A stretch of DNA of 64,000 nucleotides, from NCBI GenBank assembly GCA_937976305.1, contig CALJSB010000013.1, forward strand, positions 8,643-72,642, read 5' to 3'. The notes below the pieces were generated by a model that saw only the letters and a program-made list of their open reading frames with translations, ran no database searches and had not been told where the DNA came from. Position numbers and translations under genes: made by a program. The first letter of the stretch is position 1, and each line of letters starts with the position of its first letter. Source of the stretch: an uncultured Acidimicrobiales bacterium (GTDB lineage Bacteria > Actinomycetota > Acidimicrobiia > Acidimicrobiales > SZUA-35). This document shows positions 1 to 9,581 of this stretch, piece after piece.

Positions 1-498
1 CTCTGCACCGAGTTCTTCACGCTTCTCCAACAGCTCGGCCCAGAACTCGTCGTGAGCAGCCTTCGACTCAGCGAGCTCGATACGTGCCAGTTCGAGATCC
101 TCGAAGAGCACGGCGTAGGTCTCGAGCGCGTCAGTGTCGGCCCCGATGGCGGCGTCGGTCAGGGTGCCGGCACGAATACCGTCGGTGAGATCACCGGATG
201 AAAAGATGCTGCGACCCGAGCCGGACCGAGTGAAGTCCAAAATGGCGGCGTTTGTGACGCTGGTAGCGAGACCTTCGGCCTCGGTTTCGAGCCGCTCGAG
301 CTCGGTTTCAGCACCCAGGGCACGCAGTTCGAGCTTCGACAATTCCGTCTCAGCATCTGCGATTTCCTGAGAAAGCCGTTCGACCCTGGCCCGGGCTTCG
401 TCAAGCCCCTCGGTCCGTTGTGCGGATGCCGGAACAGCAACGATCAACGCCGTAGCGAAGAGGAACCCCACGAGCGCGGAGAGGGAACGAACACGCAC
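1..498 (-). CDS. Secreted coiled-coil protein, N-terminal part (gene runs off the left edge); probably a cell-wall hydrolase-type protein
   Basis: Hand translation of the minus strand from GTG at 498 gives VRVRSLSALVGFLFATALIVAVPASAQ (signal peptide with an AxA site), then E/L/A-rich heptad-like sequence, open in frame to base 1. It is absent from the ORF track because there is no stop inside the window. The N-terminal layout matches the M23 peptidase at 3070-4959. Confidence 0.6.
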   Translation of the reverse strand, partial: MRVRSLSALVGFLFATALIVAVPASAQRTEGLDEARARVERLSQEIADAETELSKLELRALGAETELERLETEAEGLATSVTNAAILDFTRSGSGRSIFSSGDLTDGIRAGTLTDAAIGADTDALETYAVLFEDLELARIELAESKAAHDEFWAELLEKREELGAE

Positions 499-557
499 AG
501 CCGAAAGGCTACCTGCGACACGATGCAAACAACCATGGGTAGTGGTATTCAATCACT

Positions 558-1718
558 CTACGTGGTGAGAGGAACACCCTCCGATGTGTCGCCCGCTCCG
601 CCATCAGACCCGGTGCTGTTCGCTGCGGCACCGTTTCCTTCAGCTGCACCCGCTGCAGGAGAGCTACCTCCGGAGGCAAGCGCCTCGACGACCTCTTCGA
701 CCGAGATCAGACCCTGTGGGCCGTCGTCAGAGGCAACAACCGCAAGCTGACGTCGCAGTAGGCGCATAATGCGCAACACCTCGATGAGCGGACGATCAGC
801 TCGAACAACCGCCATCTGGCGGGTCATCGAGGCCGGAATCGGACGATGCCGATCAGCGGCGGGGATCTTCAACAGCTCCATCACGTGGAGGTAGCCGACC
901 AGGCTGATCTCGCCATCGCCACCGGTGCCGGAAACGATCGGGACGCGCGTCTCGCCGCTTTCAGTCACCACGCGTTCGGCAACCGCCGCAGTGGCACCAA
1001 AGCGAATCGTGGCGAGCGATTCAATGGGCCGTGCGACCTCGCCGACCGGCCGCTCGGCGAAGGCAAGCGCACCCTGCAGCAACTCAGCCGAGTCGGTTTC
1101 GATGCCGCCCTCCTCTGATGCCAGCCGAACGATCGACGCCAGTTCAGCGGTGGAGTGCGACGCCGTGATCTCATCACGGGGTTCGATGCCGACGGCCCGA
1201 CAGCCAGCGTTGCCGAGCGCGTTGAGGAAGCGGACGAACGGCCGGAAAATCGCCAGGTACACCCGGTAGGGCAGCACCAGCCACCGCACCGTTTGTTCTG
1301 GCCGGGCGATCGCGATGTTCTTGGGCACCATCTCGGCCAACACGAGGTGCAAGAAGACCGTGATGGAAATCGCGCAGACAAACGAGACGGTGCCGGTCAC
1401 CGCCGGCGAGAACGTGTCGCCAAAGGCTCGTTCGAACAGCGAGGCCACCGCTGGCTCGCCGATGTTGCCGAGACCAAGCGTGGCCATGGTGATACCAAGC
1501 TGACTACCGGCGAGATGGTTCGAGAGATCCGAGAGCGAGTCGAGCGATGCGGTGGCAATTCGCTCGCCGTTTTCAGCCCCAGCTTCGAACGCTGATCGCT
1601 TCGCTGCGAGCAGAGCGAACTCGTAGGCGACGTAGATGGCGTTGAGCACGAGCAGCACGACACCGACGGCCAACGACCACCACAGTGCGGGGCCTGATAG
1701 CCCAGCGGCAACCATCAT
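558..1718 (-). CDS. CNNM/DUF21-CBS family membrane protein (hemolysin/CorC-like transporter, lacks the CorC_HlyC tail)
   Basis: 386 aa. The N-terminal DUF21 TM block (YEFALLAAKRS ... GSQLGIT ... LAEMVPKNIAI) is followed by a CBS-pair-like region. The ATG at 1718 overlaps the upstream stop (ATGA). Confidence 0.85.
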   Translation of the reverse strand: MMVAAGLSGPALWWSLAVGVVLLVLNAIYVAYEFALLAAKRSAFEAGAENGERIATASLDSLSDLSNHLAGSQLGITMATLGLGNIGEPAVASLFERAFGDTFSPAVTGTVSFVCAISITVFLHLVLAEMVPKNIAIARPEQTVRWLVLPYRVYLAIFRPFVRFLNALGNAGCRAVGIEPRDEITASHSTAELASIVRLASEEGGIETDSAELLQGALAFAERPVGEVARPIESLATIRFGATAAVAERVVTESGETRVPIVSGTGGDGEISLVGYLHVMELLKIPAADRHRPIPASMTRQMAVVRADRPLIEVLRIMRLLRRQLAVVASDDGPQGLISVEEVVEALASGGSSPAAGAAEGNGAAANSTGSDGGAGDTSEGVPLTT

Positions 1719-3010
1719 CGGCTCTGCTCCGAAATCTCAACCGAAGCGATCCGCAGGTTGTCCATCGAGATGACCTCGAATCGCCAGTCATTCCATGCCA
1801 GTGCGTCGCCAACCTGTGGGATACGACCCAGCTCATCGAGCAGGAATCCAGCGAGGGTTTCGTACTCGCCCTCTGGCATTTCGAACCCGCATGCCTCTTC
1901 GACTTCGTCGCCGTGCAAGGTGCCAGCCACCACCGTCACGCCCTCGGGACCGCTCGTGGTCATTCGTTGCGCAGTGTCGTCGTCGAACTCGTCGTCGATC
2001 TCACCGGTGATCTCCTCGAGCACGTCTTCGAGGGTGAGGATTCCGTCGGTGCCACCGTGCTCATCGATCACGATGAACATTTCTTGCTCGCCGCCCCGGA
2101 AGTCGTCGAGCAGATCTTCGAGATCGCGAGTCTCGGGCACCACGTGAGCGTCTCGCACCAATTCAGTCACCGGGGTCGACGCTCTGGTTGCCGGTGGCAA
2201 CGCAAACACATCGGAGACAACGACGACACCGAGAATGTCGTCGAGGTCTTCAGCGAAGACGGGGAATCGGCTGTGACCAGAGGCAACGGCGAGTTCGATA
2301 AGGTCACCGACTGCGGCGTCAGAGGACAGTGCCTCGACGTGAACCCGAGGCACCAGCACATCGGCTGCTGTTTTCTCGCCGAACTTGATCGTGCGCTCCA
2401 GCAGACTCAACGCGTCGGGGCTGATGGTGCCAAGCTCACCGGAGGATCTGATCAGGTATTCGATCTCTTCGAGTGACCGCACCTCGCTGAGTTCTTCCTG
2501 GGGCTCGATGCCCATTTTGCGAACCAGCCAGTTCGCGACGCCATTGAACACGATGATGAACGGCGACAAGATGCCGTGCACGATGCGTGCGGCCGGCGAC
2601 AGAATGAGCGCCGTTGGATTGGGTTTGGCGATGGCAATGTTCTTCGGGACGAGTTCGCCAAGCACCATTTGAAAGACGGTCGCCAAGAACAAGGCGATCA
2701 AAATCGAGGCCAGCGAATCAGGCTGCCCAACGATCGGCTCAATCAATGGATCGATCCACCGGGCAACGAGCGGTTCGGCCAACGCACCAAGCAGCAGGCT
2801 CGTGATCGTGATGCCAAGCTGCGCCCCGGACAGATGAAACGACATCCGCCGAAGAACCGCGGTCGCGACCTTCGCTCGCCGATTCCCCGCCTCGACCTGG
2901 GCTTTCAGCCGCTGGCGGTCTGCCGCAACCAAAGCAAATTCGACAGCAACAAAGAACGCGTTGGCCGCGACCAACACAAAAACGATGATCAAGCTGAGGG
3001 CTGTATTCAC
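1715..3010 (-). CDS. CNNM/DUF21-CBS-CorC_HlyC family transporter
   Basis: 431 aa. DUF21 motifs (VEFALVAADR, GAQLGITITSL, LGELVPKNIAI), a CBS pair, and a C-terminal CorC/HlyC-like domain (TLAGFLLDELGRIPQVGD). Paralog of the downstream gene and coupled to it by ATGA. Confidence 0.9.
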   Translation of the reverse strand: MNTALSLIIVFVLVAANAFFVAVEFALVAADRQRLKAQVEAGNRRAKVATAVLRRMSFHLSGAQLGITITSLLLGALAEPLVARWIDPLIEPIVGQPDSLASILIALFLATVFQMVLGELVPKNIAIAKPNPTALILSPAARIVHGILSPFIIVFNGVANWLVRKMGIEPQEELSEVRSLEEIEYLIRSSGELGTISPDALSLLERTIKFGEKTAADVLVPRVHVEALSSDAAVGDLIELAVASGHSRFPVFAEDLDDILGVVVVSDVFALPPATRASTPVTELVRDAHVVPETRDLEDLLDDFRGGEQEMFIVIDEHGGTDGILTLEDVLEEITGEIDDEFDDDTAQRMTTSGPEGVTVVAGTLHGDEVEEACGFEMPEGEYETLAGFLLDELGRIPQVGDALAWNDWRFEVISMDNLRIASVEISEQSR

Positions 3011-3069
3011 GTCGGACGGACCATCTTGCTCTCGCCAAGACTACTGCCGTCCTGCCGTTTAGAGATCGA

Positions 3070-4959
3070 TCACTCGCCGATTGCGTCGCGTTCGGCTGCG
3101 CTCGCATCGACGACGGAGTCTTGCGAGGTTGGCGTGGTGGTCGAAGAGCCTTGTTCTCTCGCGGCCGGTTCGCTGCTGGAGGGAGCGACGGGGACCGTCG
3201 TCGAGGAGGGATCGACGGTGGTTGCTGTGTTCTGCGTTGTTGTCGGGCTCTGCAAGTCGGTGGGGTCAGGGGTGTTCGAACCGTCAACGTCTGCGTCGGT
3301 GCTGCCACTGACAGAGTTGGCGTCAGAGTTGGCGTCAGAGTTGGCGTCAGCGTCGGTCTCTGCCGTCGCGGCGGCACTCTCTGGCTCCAACGTCGGCCCA
3401 CCCTCGTACTCGACCTCTTCGAACAGCCCCTCAGCGATCAAGAGCGCATCACGCTCAGCGATGAAGTTGAGCAGCGGATACGGGTTCACGGCCGCACCAC
3501 CGTTGGGGTGAATCTGCAAGTGCAAGTGTGGCGGGGTGCCAACTGCGTTGCCGGTGGTGCCGACGTACCCGAGGAGATCTCCCGCTTCGACGACCTGGCC
3601 CTCGGCAAGGCCGGGAGCGAATGCTGACAAGTGGGCGTAGTACCAATCGGTGCCGCTCTCGCCACGCAGCCAGACTTTCAGACCGCCGAGCTTTCCAACA
3701 CCAACGTCGGTGATGACGCCACGCTCGGCAGCAATCAACGGCGTGCCATGCGGAGCAAAGATGTCAATGCCCTTGTGGACTCGCCCGCCTGAGCGAGGGA
3801 AGTGCCATGAGTTGATCAAGGGCCTTGAGTAGGCACCCGCGATCGGGAACAACACGTTCTCGATGTACACCGAACTCCCCGCTTCAAACACGATGAGTTC
3901 GCGAGCAGCCTGATCGACTGCTCCGAGATGAAACTCGACGTCGGCTTCTGCCTCTTCGGCCAAGTCGTCGATCAAAACCAGCCGATCAAAGGTCGACAAC
4001 GCTTCGGCGTCGAGATCCTCTCGCAGGTCGGTGTATTCAGCGACTGCTGCCCTGTCCAACTCAAAAACGGTGTCGACGAGCGTCTGTTGGGCCTCACGAT
4101 CAAGCACGTCGTCGTAGTTGAGCGAGGGCCCGAAGGAATCACCGCGTACAAACGCAGCGGTTGCTCGTTTGCGAAGTCGCTCCTCGGCAATGAGAAGCAA
4201 CTCGAGGGTTTCCCGGCTCTCTGCATCGAGGGCTCGCACCCGCAGTTCGAGCTCCTTTTTGCGGAGGCGAAGCGACTTCACCTGCGACACGGAGGCCAGG
4301 TGCAACTCTTCGGCCTCGGCCAGTTTCGCTTGCGCTTCTTCGACGCTCGCAACCAACACTTCGGTGGGGGCCCATGGTGAGAAGTCGAAGTCCTCGCCGG
4401 GGATCGAATCAGGAAGCGGAATCGTCACGACGACATCGGGCACCGTTTCGTCTGTTCCGAACTCGCCGGCCGCGGGATCTTCTTCGGTGCCGCAGATCAC
4501 TTCGATCGGATTTCCCTCTTCATCGAGAAGGGGTGCTTGGGTGGTGGTCGAGATTCCGTCCCCTGCACCGCCAAAAGACCCACACGCAACTGGCGCCGTC
4601 GTTTCGGGGGTCGTGTCTTCCTGGAGCGTCGTCGTTGATTCACCCTCGATGGTTGTTGTCGTGGCGCCGTCGGCCACCGTCGTGTCCGCCGACGATGGTG
4701 TTGTTGTGTCTGATTCTGTGACGGGGGGCGCTTCCGTGCTTTCAGCTGATGCGGCTGGCTCCGTTGTGGTCGGCGCTTCTGTCGGGGTGGGCGTCGTCGG
4801 AGGCTCGGTGGGTGCCGGCGCCTCTGTGGGAGCCGGGGTCACCGGAGGGTCGGTTTCGCCCTCTTCCTGAGCGGTGACCGGGGTCGCAAACGACGCAATG
4901 AGCACACTGACAGCGCAGATCAGCGAGCACAGGACGCGTGGAAGGAACCGGGTCGGCAC
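3070..4959 (-). CDS. Secreted M23 family metallopeptidase with N-terminal P/T-rich and coiled-coil regions and an acidic low-complexity tail
   Basis: M23 motifs HKGIDIFAPHGTP ... GNAVGTPPHLHLQIH. I chose the GTG at 4959 (VPTRFLPRVLCSLICAVSVLIASFATPVTAQ, a signal peptide) because the longest ORF (to 5115) would overlap the birA 3' end at 5027. Confidence 0.85.
   Translation of the reverse strand: MPTRFLPRVLCSLICAVSVLIASFATPVTAQEEGETDPPVTPAPTEAPAPTEPPTTPTPTEAPTTTEPAASAESTEAPPVTESDTTTPSSADTTVADGATTTTIEGESTTTLQEDTTPETTAPVACGSFGGAGDGISTTTQAPLLDEEGNPIEVICGTEEDPAAGEFGTDETVPDVVVTIPLPDSIPGEDFDFSPWAPTEVLVASVEEAQAKLAEAEELHLASVSQVKSLRLRKKELELRVRALDAESRETLELLLIAEERLRKRATAAFVRGDSFGPSLNYDDVLDREAQQTLVDTVFELDRAAVAEYTDLREDLDAEALSTFDRLVLIDDLAEEAEADVEFHLGAVDQAARELIVFEAGSSVYIENVLFPIAGAYSRPLINSWHFPRSGGRVHKGIDIFAPHGTPLIAAERGVITDVGVGKLGGLKVWLRGESGTDWYYAHLSAFAPGLAEGQVVEAGDLLGYVGTTGNAVGTPPHLHLQIHPNGGAAVNPYPLLNFIAERDALLIAEGLFEEVEYEGGPTLEPESAAATAETDADANSDANSDANSVSGSTDADVDGSNTPDPTDLQSPTTTQNTATTVDPSSTTVPVAPSSSEPAAREQGSSTTTPTSQDSVVDASAAERDAIGE
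3313..3348. repeat. Perfect 12-bp tandem repeat x3 (AGAGTTGGCGTC) inside the M23 peptidase tail
   Basis: Read directly from the sequence. It encodes the (DANS)x3 stretch in ...TDADANSDANSDANSVSG... Confidence 0.9.
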
Positions 4960-5026
4960 CTCGTCCCATCGGCCCCCGCATGGCCACCGTGAGTCGTCCG
5001 ACCCAGTTCTTGTGGTGTGAAATCGG

Positions 5027-5869
5027 TCAATCTCGCCGCGTGTGCACTTCGCCGGCGTCGAAGGCCTTTCGCCCGTCTGATGTCTCGAGTACGAGGAAAC
5101 CCGCATCATCGACATCGACGGCGGTTCCCTGCACTGGGCCGGCCGGATGCGTCAACTCGACAGACCGACCGATCGTCACACAGCGTCGCCGATAGCGGTC
5201 GACAAACGCTCGCGAGGTCGACTCCATGTCGTCGAGCGTGACCTCGAGGCGGCGAAGCACCGCATCAGCAACGTCATCGCGTCGAATGGGAGTCGCGGGG
5301 AGCTCAGTTGTGTAGAGCGCAGATCCGGACAACTCGGTGAGATCGACGGCTCGTGCCCGCACATCTTCTGGTGCAACAGCGCGCCACGTGTCTCCGAGGT
5401 CGAGGTTGATCCCTGTTCCGACAACCACCGCGAGCGTTGGCACGCTGCCGGCCTGCGGAACGATCACCATCGCCTCAGCCAAGATGCCGGCCAGCTTTCG
5501 GTCTGGGCCGCCATCGGGAGAAACGTGCACAACGTCGTTGGGCCACGTGAGCTGCAGCTCGACGCCCCAGCCGGCTTCGATTGCCTCCACAACGGCGAGA
5601 CCGGCGGCCAACGGCACGAGGGGCGCGACGTCCGGGTCGACGTGAAGGAGTACGGACATCAGCAACGACGAGGCAGGTTGGTCGAACCAGGTTCGCCCCT
5701 GACGACCACGCCCGCGCCGCTGATGATCGGCGATTCGCACAACACCCGGAGCTGCCCCTTGAGCGGCCCGTTCGAGCAGGTCTGCGTTGGTGGAATCTGT
5801 CTCGGCGATGAACTCGATCGCTCGAAATCGTGTGCCGTCTGGGCCAGATACTTCACGCGTGGCTGCCAT
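5027..5869 (-). CDS. birA: Biotin--[acetyl-CoA-carboxylase] ligase, group I (no N-terminal HTH)
   Basis: GRGRQGRTW biotin-binding signature and overall BPL_LplA_LipB-type sequence. I chose the ATG at 5869 (MAATREVSG...) because the longest ORF (to 5968) would overlap the divergent accA start. Confidence 0.85.
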   Translation of the reverse strand: MAATREVSGPDGTRFRAIEFIAETDSTNADLLERAAQGAAPGVVRIADHQRRGRGRQGRTWFDQPASSLLMSVLLHVDPDVAPLVPLAAGLAVVEAIEAGWGVELQLTWPNDVVHVSPDGGPDRKLAGILAEAMVIVPQAGSVPTLAVVVGTGINLDLGDTWRAVAPEDVRARAVDLTELSGSALYTTELPATPIRRDDVADAVLRRLEVTLDDMESTSRAFVDRYRRRCVTIGRSVELTHPAGPVQGTAVDVDDAGFLVLETSDGRKAFDAGEVHTRRD

Positions 5870-5893
5870 CTCGGCTAACCATACGATGTGCCA
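5870..5893. promoter_or_regulatory. Minimal divergent birA/accA control region with overlapping candidate -10 boxes
   Basis: TACGAT (5882-5887, + strand) lies 6 nt before the ATG at 5894. TATGGT (complement of 5878-5883) lies 8 nt before the birA ATG at 5869. There is no room for 5' UTRs or RBSs. Confidence 0.3.
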
Positions 5894-7657
5894 ATGCCAG
5901 CTCCGTTCAAGACCGTCCTCATCGCGAACCGAGGGGAGATCGCTGTTCGAGTCATCCGAGCGTGCCAAGAGCTCGGAATCGAGACGGTGGCGGTCTATTC
6001 AGAACTCGATCGCGAAGCCCTGCACGTGCGCCTCGCCGATCACGCCTTTGCCCTTGGCGGTCAAACCGCAGCTGAGAGCTACCTCAACACCGAGGCCATT
6101 CTCGATGCCATCGAAAAGTCAGGCGCAGACGCCGTACATCCCGGCTACGGATTTTTCTCCGAGAACGCTGACTTTGCTCGTGCCATTACCGAGCGAGGCG
6201 TCACCTTTGTTGGACCGCCGCCCGAAGCGATTGAAGTGATGGGCGACAAGATCAGCGCCCGAGAGGCAGCCGAGAAGGTCGGCGTGAGTGGCGTCCCCGG
6301 CATTACCGAGTTCCTGTCGAACGCCGACGAGGTCGTGGCGTTTGGTTCCGAGAACGGGTGGCCCGTCGCCATCAAGGCCGCCTTCGGCGGTGGTGGGCGC
6401 GGCATGAAGGTCGTGAACAGCGCTGAAGAAGCCGGCGACGCTCTCGAAGCAGCGCAGCGCGAGTCACTTGCCTACTTTGGGCGAGACGAGTGTTATCTCG
6501 AGCGCTACCTCACCAAACCCCGACACATCGAAATTCAAGTGCTGTGTGACCAGCACGGCAACGCTGTCCACCTGAGCCAGCGTGACTGCTCGGCCCAGCG
6601 TCGACACCAGAAACTCATCGAAGAAGCACCCGCTCCCGGCCTGCCCGCAGACATCGCGCTGGCGATGGGCGAAGCCGCCGTTGCGGTGGCAAAGGGCTCG
6701 AACTACACCAACGCTGGCACCGTCGAGTTTCTCTACGAGGACGGCGACTTCTTCTACCTCGAGATGAACACGCGGCTGCAGGTCGAACATCCGGTCACCG
6801 AACTCATCACCGGGCTCGACCTCGTGGCGTTACAGCTCCACGTTGCCGCCGGCGGCGAACTGCCGTTCAGCCAAGAGGACGTGACCGTCACCGGACATGC
6901 CATTGAAGTTCGAATCAATGCAGAAGATCCCGCAGGCGGAGCGTTTCTGCCGAGCCCTGGGCCGATCGAAACGCTGCGGGTGCCATCAGGTTTCGGCGTG
7001 CGCTGGGACGGCGGCTACGAAGCAGGCGACGAGATCAGCCAGTACTACGACAACCTCGTTGGCAAGCTCATCTGCCACGGCAAAGACCGTGACACCGCCA
7101 TCGCCCGCACCCTCCGTGCGCTGCGCGAGTTCGAGATCGCCGGTGTTGCCACCACGATTCCAGCCGACATCGCGATTCTCGACCATCCCGACTTTGCTGC
7201 GATGGAGCACTCAACCAAGTGGGTCGAAGACGTACTCGACCTTTCGGGTGTTTCCGCGTCGAGCCCAGCTCCCGCCGCGGCTGAAGACGATGAGCCCAAG
7301 GTTCGCCGCGACACCGTGGTAGAGGTCAACGGCAAGCGATTCGATGTGGCACTTTGGGTGCCCGAATCAGCAGGCGTGGCCGCCAGCGGGCCGAAGAAGC
7401 CTCGGCGTCGTGCCGCTGCGTCGGGCGGCGCCGCTGCTGGTGGATCTGGCCAGGTGGCCGTGCCGATGCAGGGAACCATCGTCAAGGTGTCGGTCGAGGT
7501 TGGCGACGAGGTTGAGGTTGGCGACACCATCGTCGTTCTCGAGGCCATGAAGATGGAGAACAACGTCGCAGCCGACAAGGCTGGCACCGTTGCCGAGATC
7601 AAGGTTGCTCCTGGCGACGCTGTCGGTGGTGGCGACGTCGTCGCCGTCATCAGCTAG
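5888..7657 (+). CDS. accA: Acetyl/propionyl-CoA carboxylase alpha subunit (biotin carboxylase + BCCP domain)
   Basis: 589 aa. LIANRGEIAVRVIRA, ATP-grasp motifs, and a C-terminal biotinyl domain with EAMKMEN. The start may instead be the ATG at 5894. Confidence 0.95.
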   Translation: MPMPAPFKTVLIANRGEIAVRVIRACQELGIETVAVYSELDREALHVRLADHAFALGGQTAAESYLNTEAILDAIEKSGADAVHPGYGFFSENADFARAITERGVTFVGPPPEAIEVMGDKISAREAAEKVGVSGVPGITEFLSNADEVVAFGSENGWPVAIKAAFGGGGRGMKVVNSAEEAGDALEAAQRESLAYFGRDECYLERYLTKPRHIEIQVLCDQHGNAVHLSQRDCSAQRRHQKLIEEAPAPGLPADIALAMGEAAVAVAKGSNYTNAGTVEFLYEDGDFFYLEMNTRLQVEHPVTELITGLDLVALQLHVAAGGELPFSQEDVTVTGHAIEVRINAEDPAGGAFLPSPGPIETLRVPSGFGVRWDGGYEAGDEISQYYDNLVGKLICHGKDRDTAIARTLRALREFEIAGVATTIPADIAILDHPDFAAMEHSTKWVEDVLDLSGVSASSPAPAAAEDDEPKVRRDTVVEVNGKRFDVALWVPESAGVAASGPKKPRRRAAASGGAAAGGSGQVAVPMQGTIVKVSVEVGDEVEVGDTIVVLEAMKMENNVAADKAGTVAEIKVAPGDAVGGGDVVAVIS

Positions 7658-7697
7658 GTCGGGGTCGGGCTCTCACGAGCTTGCTCCTATTCGCCCA

Positions 7698-7714
7698 GCA
7701 ACGCTGCGCGTTGC
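7698..7714. terminator. Candidate bidirectional hairpin between convergent accA and the antiporter gene
   Basis: Perfect inverted repeat GCAACGC-tgc-GCGTTGC, 41 nt after the accA stop. There is no U-tract, so this is weak. Confidence 0.3.
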
Positions 7715-7806
7715 AGGCTCAGAAGTCGCGACGCTTCGTGAAACCCCCAACCCCTCAGCGTTCAAACGAAGCTTGCGCGGCGCGAAGCCCTCGTGACGCG
7801 CTCCAC

Positions 7807-9579
7807 CTACTGCGGGTCGACGGTGGCGGTTGAGGCGTTGGTGGTGCCGACCGATCGGAGCCACGCCAGCTCTTGGTTGGCCAGAGCTTCGATGGTGTCT
7901 TCGAGATCGCTCAAGTCGACCGTCGCATCGAGATCAGTCTCGAACCGTTCTTCGATGTGATCGAGCGCAGCCAGACGATGGTCGAGTTCGAGGCTCATCT
8001 CTTTGGCCACCTGCCCATCGATGAGGCCGGTTCGTTGCACGTCGCCCAGCGCTGAGCGCTCTGCTGCGAGTGCATCGCGTCTGGCCTGATAGAGCATGGC
8101 GAAGGCCATTTCGGGATGGTCGACGGAGTGTTGGGTCAGATTCGACGCGTGAGAGGCAAGGTCGGCTTGATACGCGGCCTGGAGGGCATCGGCCATGTCG
8201 TCTGCGACCACACCGTCTGCACCGAGTTGTGCCACCTCAGCTTGTCCGGCTCGGGCCATGACGAGGCGAGCCTGATGGCGTTGTTGTTCGAGCGTGCGAT
8301 CGTCTTTGCCGGCCAGCCCGAGACGACGTATCAGCGCCGCGATGGTCGTGCCTTGCACGAGCAGCGTGAACAAGACCACACCGAAGGTCATGACCCGAAT
8401 GGTCTTGACCGTCTCCGCGTCGAACACCTCTTCGGACAACGTCAGGGCCAACGCCAGGCTGATGGCGCCCCGAAGACCGCCCCAGAACATCACGTGCTGG
8501 TAGGCCTTCGGCACGGCGCGCTTCGGGAAGATCACGCCGTTGGTGGCGCTGAGCCCGTAGACGATCAGCACTCGCATGACGACAACGGCCACGATGGCCA
8601 CGACCAGCGCCGTGAATTCGTCGGCCAGGTCGGAAAGGCTGACGGTGAGGCCGATGAACAGGAACACCAGCGAGTTCACGAGGAACGTGACGATCTCCCA
8701 CGAGTGCTCGAGCGTGACTCGGGTGCTGGGTGAGGTGTTGTGGATGCCGAGGTTGCCCTGCAGGAGTCCGGCCACGACAACTGCCAAGATGCCCGAGAAG
8801 TGCAGCCCGTCTTGGCCGATGATGACGCCGAACTCTTCCGCAACGAGGAACGAGCCGTAGGCAAGAGCCAGGCTCGTGGTGGTCTCGATCAACCCGTCGT
8901 CGACCCGGGAGAGGATCACCTCGCTGACGACGTAACCGAGCACCAAGCCAACGGCGATGCCGCCAAACGACACGACAAGGAAATTTTCGAGGGCGCCACC
9001 GACGGTGAACCCGCCACCTTCGGCTGCGGCCACCGCAACCCCAAAGGCGACCACCGCAACCGCATCGTTGAAGAGCGACTCACCTTCGACCAGCACGCTG
9101 AGCCGTTTTGGCGTGCCCAACGACTTGAAGAAGGCAATCACGGCCACCGGGTCGGTCGCCGAAATGAGCGCACCGAACGCAAACGCCGCGGTCCACGGAA
9201 GATCGAGAGCAACGTGCACAACCCCGCCAAGAGCAAGGGTGCCGATGAGCGTTCCGAGCAACGCCACCACAAGCACGGGGCCCAGATCGGCCCGCAACTT
9301 GGCCCACGGGATGTGCAGCGTCGCCTCGAACAACAACGGCGGCACGAGAAGGAACAAGATGAGGTCGGGCGAGACGTCGATCGCGACCAGGTCGCCCAAC
9401 GACGTGGCCGCGAAACCAGCGATGACGAGCGCAACCGTGAATGGGAACTGGAACCGCCGAGCGAGCACGGCAACAAAGGCCGCTATGGCGATCAGAACAA
9501 CGATTGCTGCTTCGGTTCTGATGAGGGTGCTCGTTCCCTCGCCCGCCGCAGCAGCGAACAGCACCTCGAACGCGAACAC
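7807..9579 (-). CDS. Na+/H+ antiporter, CPA1 (NhaP-type) with a long cytoplasmic C-terminal domain
   Basis: 590 aa. About 12 TM segments with CPA1 motifs (ATDPVAV, FEATLHIP, LFNDA), then a soluble helical tail. It starts 2 nt after the upstream stop. Confidence 0.85.
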   Translation of the reverse strand: MFAFEVLFAAAAGEGTSTLIRTEAAIVVLIAIAAFVAVLARRFQFPFTVALVIAGFAATSLGDLVAIDVSPDLILFLLVPPLLFEATLHIPWAKLRADLGPVLVVALLGTLIGTLALGGVVHVALDLPWTAAFAFGALISATDPVAVIAFFKSLGTPKRLSVLVEGESLFNDAVAVVAFGVAVAAAEGGGFTVGGALENFLVVSFGGIAVGLVLGYVVSEVILSRVDDGLIETTTSLALAYGSFLVAEEFGVIIGQDGLHFSGILAVVVAGLLQGNLGIHNTSPSTRVTLEHSWEIVTFLVNSLVFLFIGLTVSLSDLADEFTALVVAIVAVVVMRVLIVYGLSATNGVIFPKRAVPKAYQHVMFWGGLRGAISLALALTLSEEVFDAETVKTIRVMTFGVVLFTLLVQGTTIAALIRRLGLAGKDDRTLEQQRHQARLVMARAGQAEVAQLGADGVVADDMADALQAAYQADLASHASNLTQHSVDHPEMAFAMLYQARRDALAAERSALGDVQRTGLIDGQVAKEMSLELDHRLAALDHIEERFETDLDATVDLSDLEDTIEALANQELAWLRSVGTTNASTATVDPQ

Positions 9580-9581
9580 GG

